Assembly (NCBI GenBank): GCA_963707255.1
Contig: CAVPPM010000023.1
Coordinates: 222,687-286,686 of the forward strand
Source of the DNA: an uncultured Sphingobacteriales bacterium
Lineage (GTDB): Bacteria > Bacteroidota > Bacteroidia > Chitinophagales > Chitinophagaceae
Length of the DNA: 64,000 bases
Direction of reading: 5' to 3'
This document shows positions 61,969-64,000 of this stretch, one piece after another. Below the pieces are notes generated by a model. That model saw nothing but the letters and a program-made list of their open reading frames with translations. It made no database searches and had not been told where the DNA came from. The translations under genes were made by a program, and so were the position numbers. Every line of letters begins with the position of its first letter. Positions within the stretch are counted from its first letter, which is position 1.

Positions 61969-62907
61969 TTATCCTTGTTTTTTTACTCCGTAACAACGTA
62001 TAACTCCACCCTTGTTAACAGCTGCCGAAATGGCTTCCAGCACAACTGCAAATGGCAGCAGCGCCATGATCGGCAAAATTAACCAGCGTTTACTTTTAAT
62101 CAATTTTATATCGGCTATGATAAATCCGTTATAACCAAAAAAATGCATCAGGCTCTGCAACATTCCGATGATGCCCATATGCCAGGAAAAATAAGACGTA
62201 CGGACAACTTTCAGACCCGATTCTTCAAGATAAGACCGGAACTTATCCGGTGTAAAATGGTTGATGTGACGCGGTACATCCAGATGCATCCAGGTATTCT
62301 TTGCCCAGGCCGACTGCCAGCTGTTGAAATTAGGAACTTCAAACATGCAAATGCCATCTTCTTCAAGGTTCCCTGCCACCAGTTCCTTCATCAACGGTAA
62401 TGCCTCCGGGATATGTTCAAACACATGAATCGAAGTGATCACATCGAATTTATGGCTGAAAATACGGCCGGATGAAAATTCATTCGTATCAATGGTGAGG
62501 CCGTATTGTTCTCTTCCGAAATTTGCCCGTGGAAGCGATGTTTCCACGCCCTTCACATCAAAACCTGCTGCTTTCGCAATATGCAGGAAAACGCCTTTCC
62601 CTGCACCAAAATCAAGCAGGGTTACGGGTTTCTTTTTGGACAGGGTCCGGATTCGTTGCAATACATTGTTGTACTCAAACTCCTGTATCCGGTAAAATAT
62701 GCTTTTTGACGTATCCCTTACCGTATAATCGCGGGCATCATAGTACTCCTGGAGGTTTACATCCTGGTCCCAGTAAGTATAAATATTGCCACACTTATTA
62801 CATACCATTACTTCGAAACTACCCTGGCCTCCGCCGGCTATCGTATATAATTTTGTACCGCCTTTGGCAGCTGGTTCATTGCATTCAGTACAAGATAAAT
62901 TCCTCAT
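61969..62907 (-). CDS. Class I SAM-dependent methyltransferase with N-terminal CxxC pairs
   Basis: CTEC...CNKC, LLDFGAGKG, HVFEH, EVPN, PRH..HF. Confidence 0.85.
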   Translation of the reverse strand: MRNLSCTECNEPAAKGGTKLYTIAGGGQGSFEVMVCNKCGNIYTYWDQDVNLQEYYDARDYTVRDTSKSIFYRIQEFEYNNVLQRIRTLSKKKPVTLLDFGAGKGVFLHIAKAAGFDVKGVETSLPRANFGREQYGLTIDTNEFSSGRIFSHKFDVITSIHVFEHIPEALPLMKELVAGNLEEDGICMFEVPNFNSWQSAWAKNTWMHLDVPRHINHFTPDKFRSYLEESGLKVVRTSYFSWHMGIIGMLQSLMHFFGYNGFIIADIKLIKSKRWLILPIMALLPFAVVLEAISAAVNKGGVIRCYGVKKQG

Positions 62908-62931
62908 AAAATTATTTCCGTTGAAACCGGA

Positions 62932-64000
62932 TCAGCCTACCTGTTTAAAAACAGTTTTTTCATACTTTATGGCCCCTGCAATCTTTTCAAAATGCGCCAG
63001 GTATTGATCTGTTATAATGTCCCAGGAATAAATATTCCTGATCTTCTCTGCATTTGCCGTCAGCATCTGCTGATGATTGCTTTTATCGATACTTAAGATC
63101 AAGGCAGACACGTCTTCAAAATTGTTGAAGTAGTATGCATCCTTGCCGAGGATCGCAGAATTATATACGTTGTTATGTGCACAGATCAGTGCATTGGACG
63201 CCATTGCCTCCAGTAATGACGGATTGGTACCGCCTACCGTGTGGCCATGGAAATACAGGCATGAATAGTATCGAAGGTTATTCAACACGTTAATATCATA
63301 AACTCCCCCAAGGAATTTGATATGATCATGCTTTCCAAATTTGGAAACAAGGTGTTTCCCATATTCCGTTTCATGCCCCCCGATCACCAGGAATGTCCTC
63401 TTGCGGCCCGACCTGACAACTCCGTCCAGGATCATTTCGATACTGTTCTCCGGGAAAATCCTGGCAATCAGCATATCGTATTCACCCGGCTTTAGTCCAT
63501 ACTGATCCAGTGCCTTCGTATCGGGCTGGTCAAACATAAAGGCGCCATAAGGTATATACACAGAATCCCGTTTATACGTTGCCGACAGGTATTGCTGGAT
63601 GCCGATAGAATCGGCCACGAGGTAGTGGCTGTGTTTTGCAGCCACGGACTCCGAATAATGTATGAAATTCCTCACGGGTTTGGGCCTCCTGGTACGTTGC
63701 CATTCAAAACCGTCCATATTGGTGGTAATGACGGATGACTTCGGGAACAGCCACCAGAAAACGGAATTGCTGGTATAGCCCAGTTGAAGGATAACATCAA
63801 AATCCCTTTTACGGGTATCGCGTATACAATTGAAATCGTAAATAAACTCCCCTATCTCACCAATCTTGTTGACCGGGCTGTAGCAGTGTACGATATTAAC
63901 GCCTTTCCATGTTTTTTGCTGGTAAGGATGATCATGCCAGCTATACACTGTTGTTTCAATCCCCCTTTTCACCAATCCCAGCGCAAGGTATTCGGCACAT
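62932..64000 (-). CDS. GT4 glycosyltransferase, DUF1972-like; 5' end lies beyond the window
   Basis: NMDG.EW.R, ADS.GIQ.Y, AR..PEN, HGH.VGGTNPSLLEAM; frame open to the window edge. Confidence 0.85.
   Translation of the reverse strand, partial: CAEYLALGLVKRGIETTVYSWHDHPYQQKTWKGVNIVHCYSPVNKIGEIGEFIYDFNCIRDTRKRDFDVILQLGYTSNSVFWWLFPKSSVITTNMDGFEWQRTRRPKPVRNFIHYSESVAAKHSHYLVADSIGIQQYLSATYKRDSVYIPYGAFMFDQPDTKALDQYGLKPGEYDMLIARIFPENSIEMILDGVVRSGRKRTFLVIGGHETEYGKHLVSKFGKHDHIKFLGGVYDINVLNNLRYYSCLYFHGHTVGGTNPSLLEAMASNALICAHNNVYNSAILGKDAYYFNNFEDVSALILSIDKSNHQQMLTANAEKIRNIYSWDIITDQYLAHFEKIAGAIKYEKTVFKQVG

Overview
Bacterial chromosomal window, most likely Bacteroidota (Chitinophagaceae-like), judged from TAnnTTTG promoter boxes, a T9SS C-terminal-domain protein, a HYC_CC_PP protein and an Oar-like TonB-dependent receptor. 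It holds housekeeping genes (rnhA, manA, xerD, ggt, TamB-like, ribBA, PNP, sucC, P-type ATPase), two ECF sigma cassettes, a PIG-L/M14 peptidase/solute symporter operon with two small membrane ORFs missing from the track, a heavy-metal operon with a metallothionein-like Cys-rich protein, and the distal part of a surface-polysaccharide/amino-sugar locus (51.6-64 kb). The best candidate for an uncharacterised system is a ligase cluster at 28.4-37.2 kb: esterase, ATP-grasp, YbdK/GCS2 ligase, class I glutamine amidotransferase, permuted ATP-grasp-like protein and cupin. Intergenic regions carry a GTTGA(G/C)N heptamer family, including a 70-bp palindrome. About ten single-base indels split or fuse genes and look like assembly errors. 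I saw no rRNA, tRNA, CRISPR array or IS element. All family calls come from motif recognition, not database searches.
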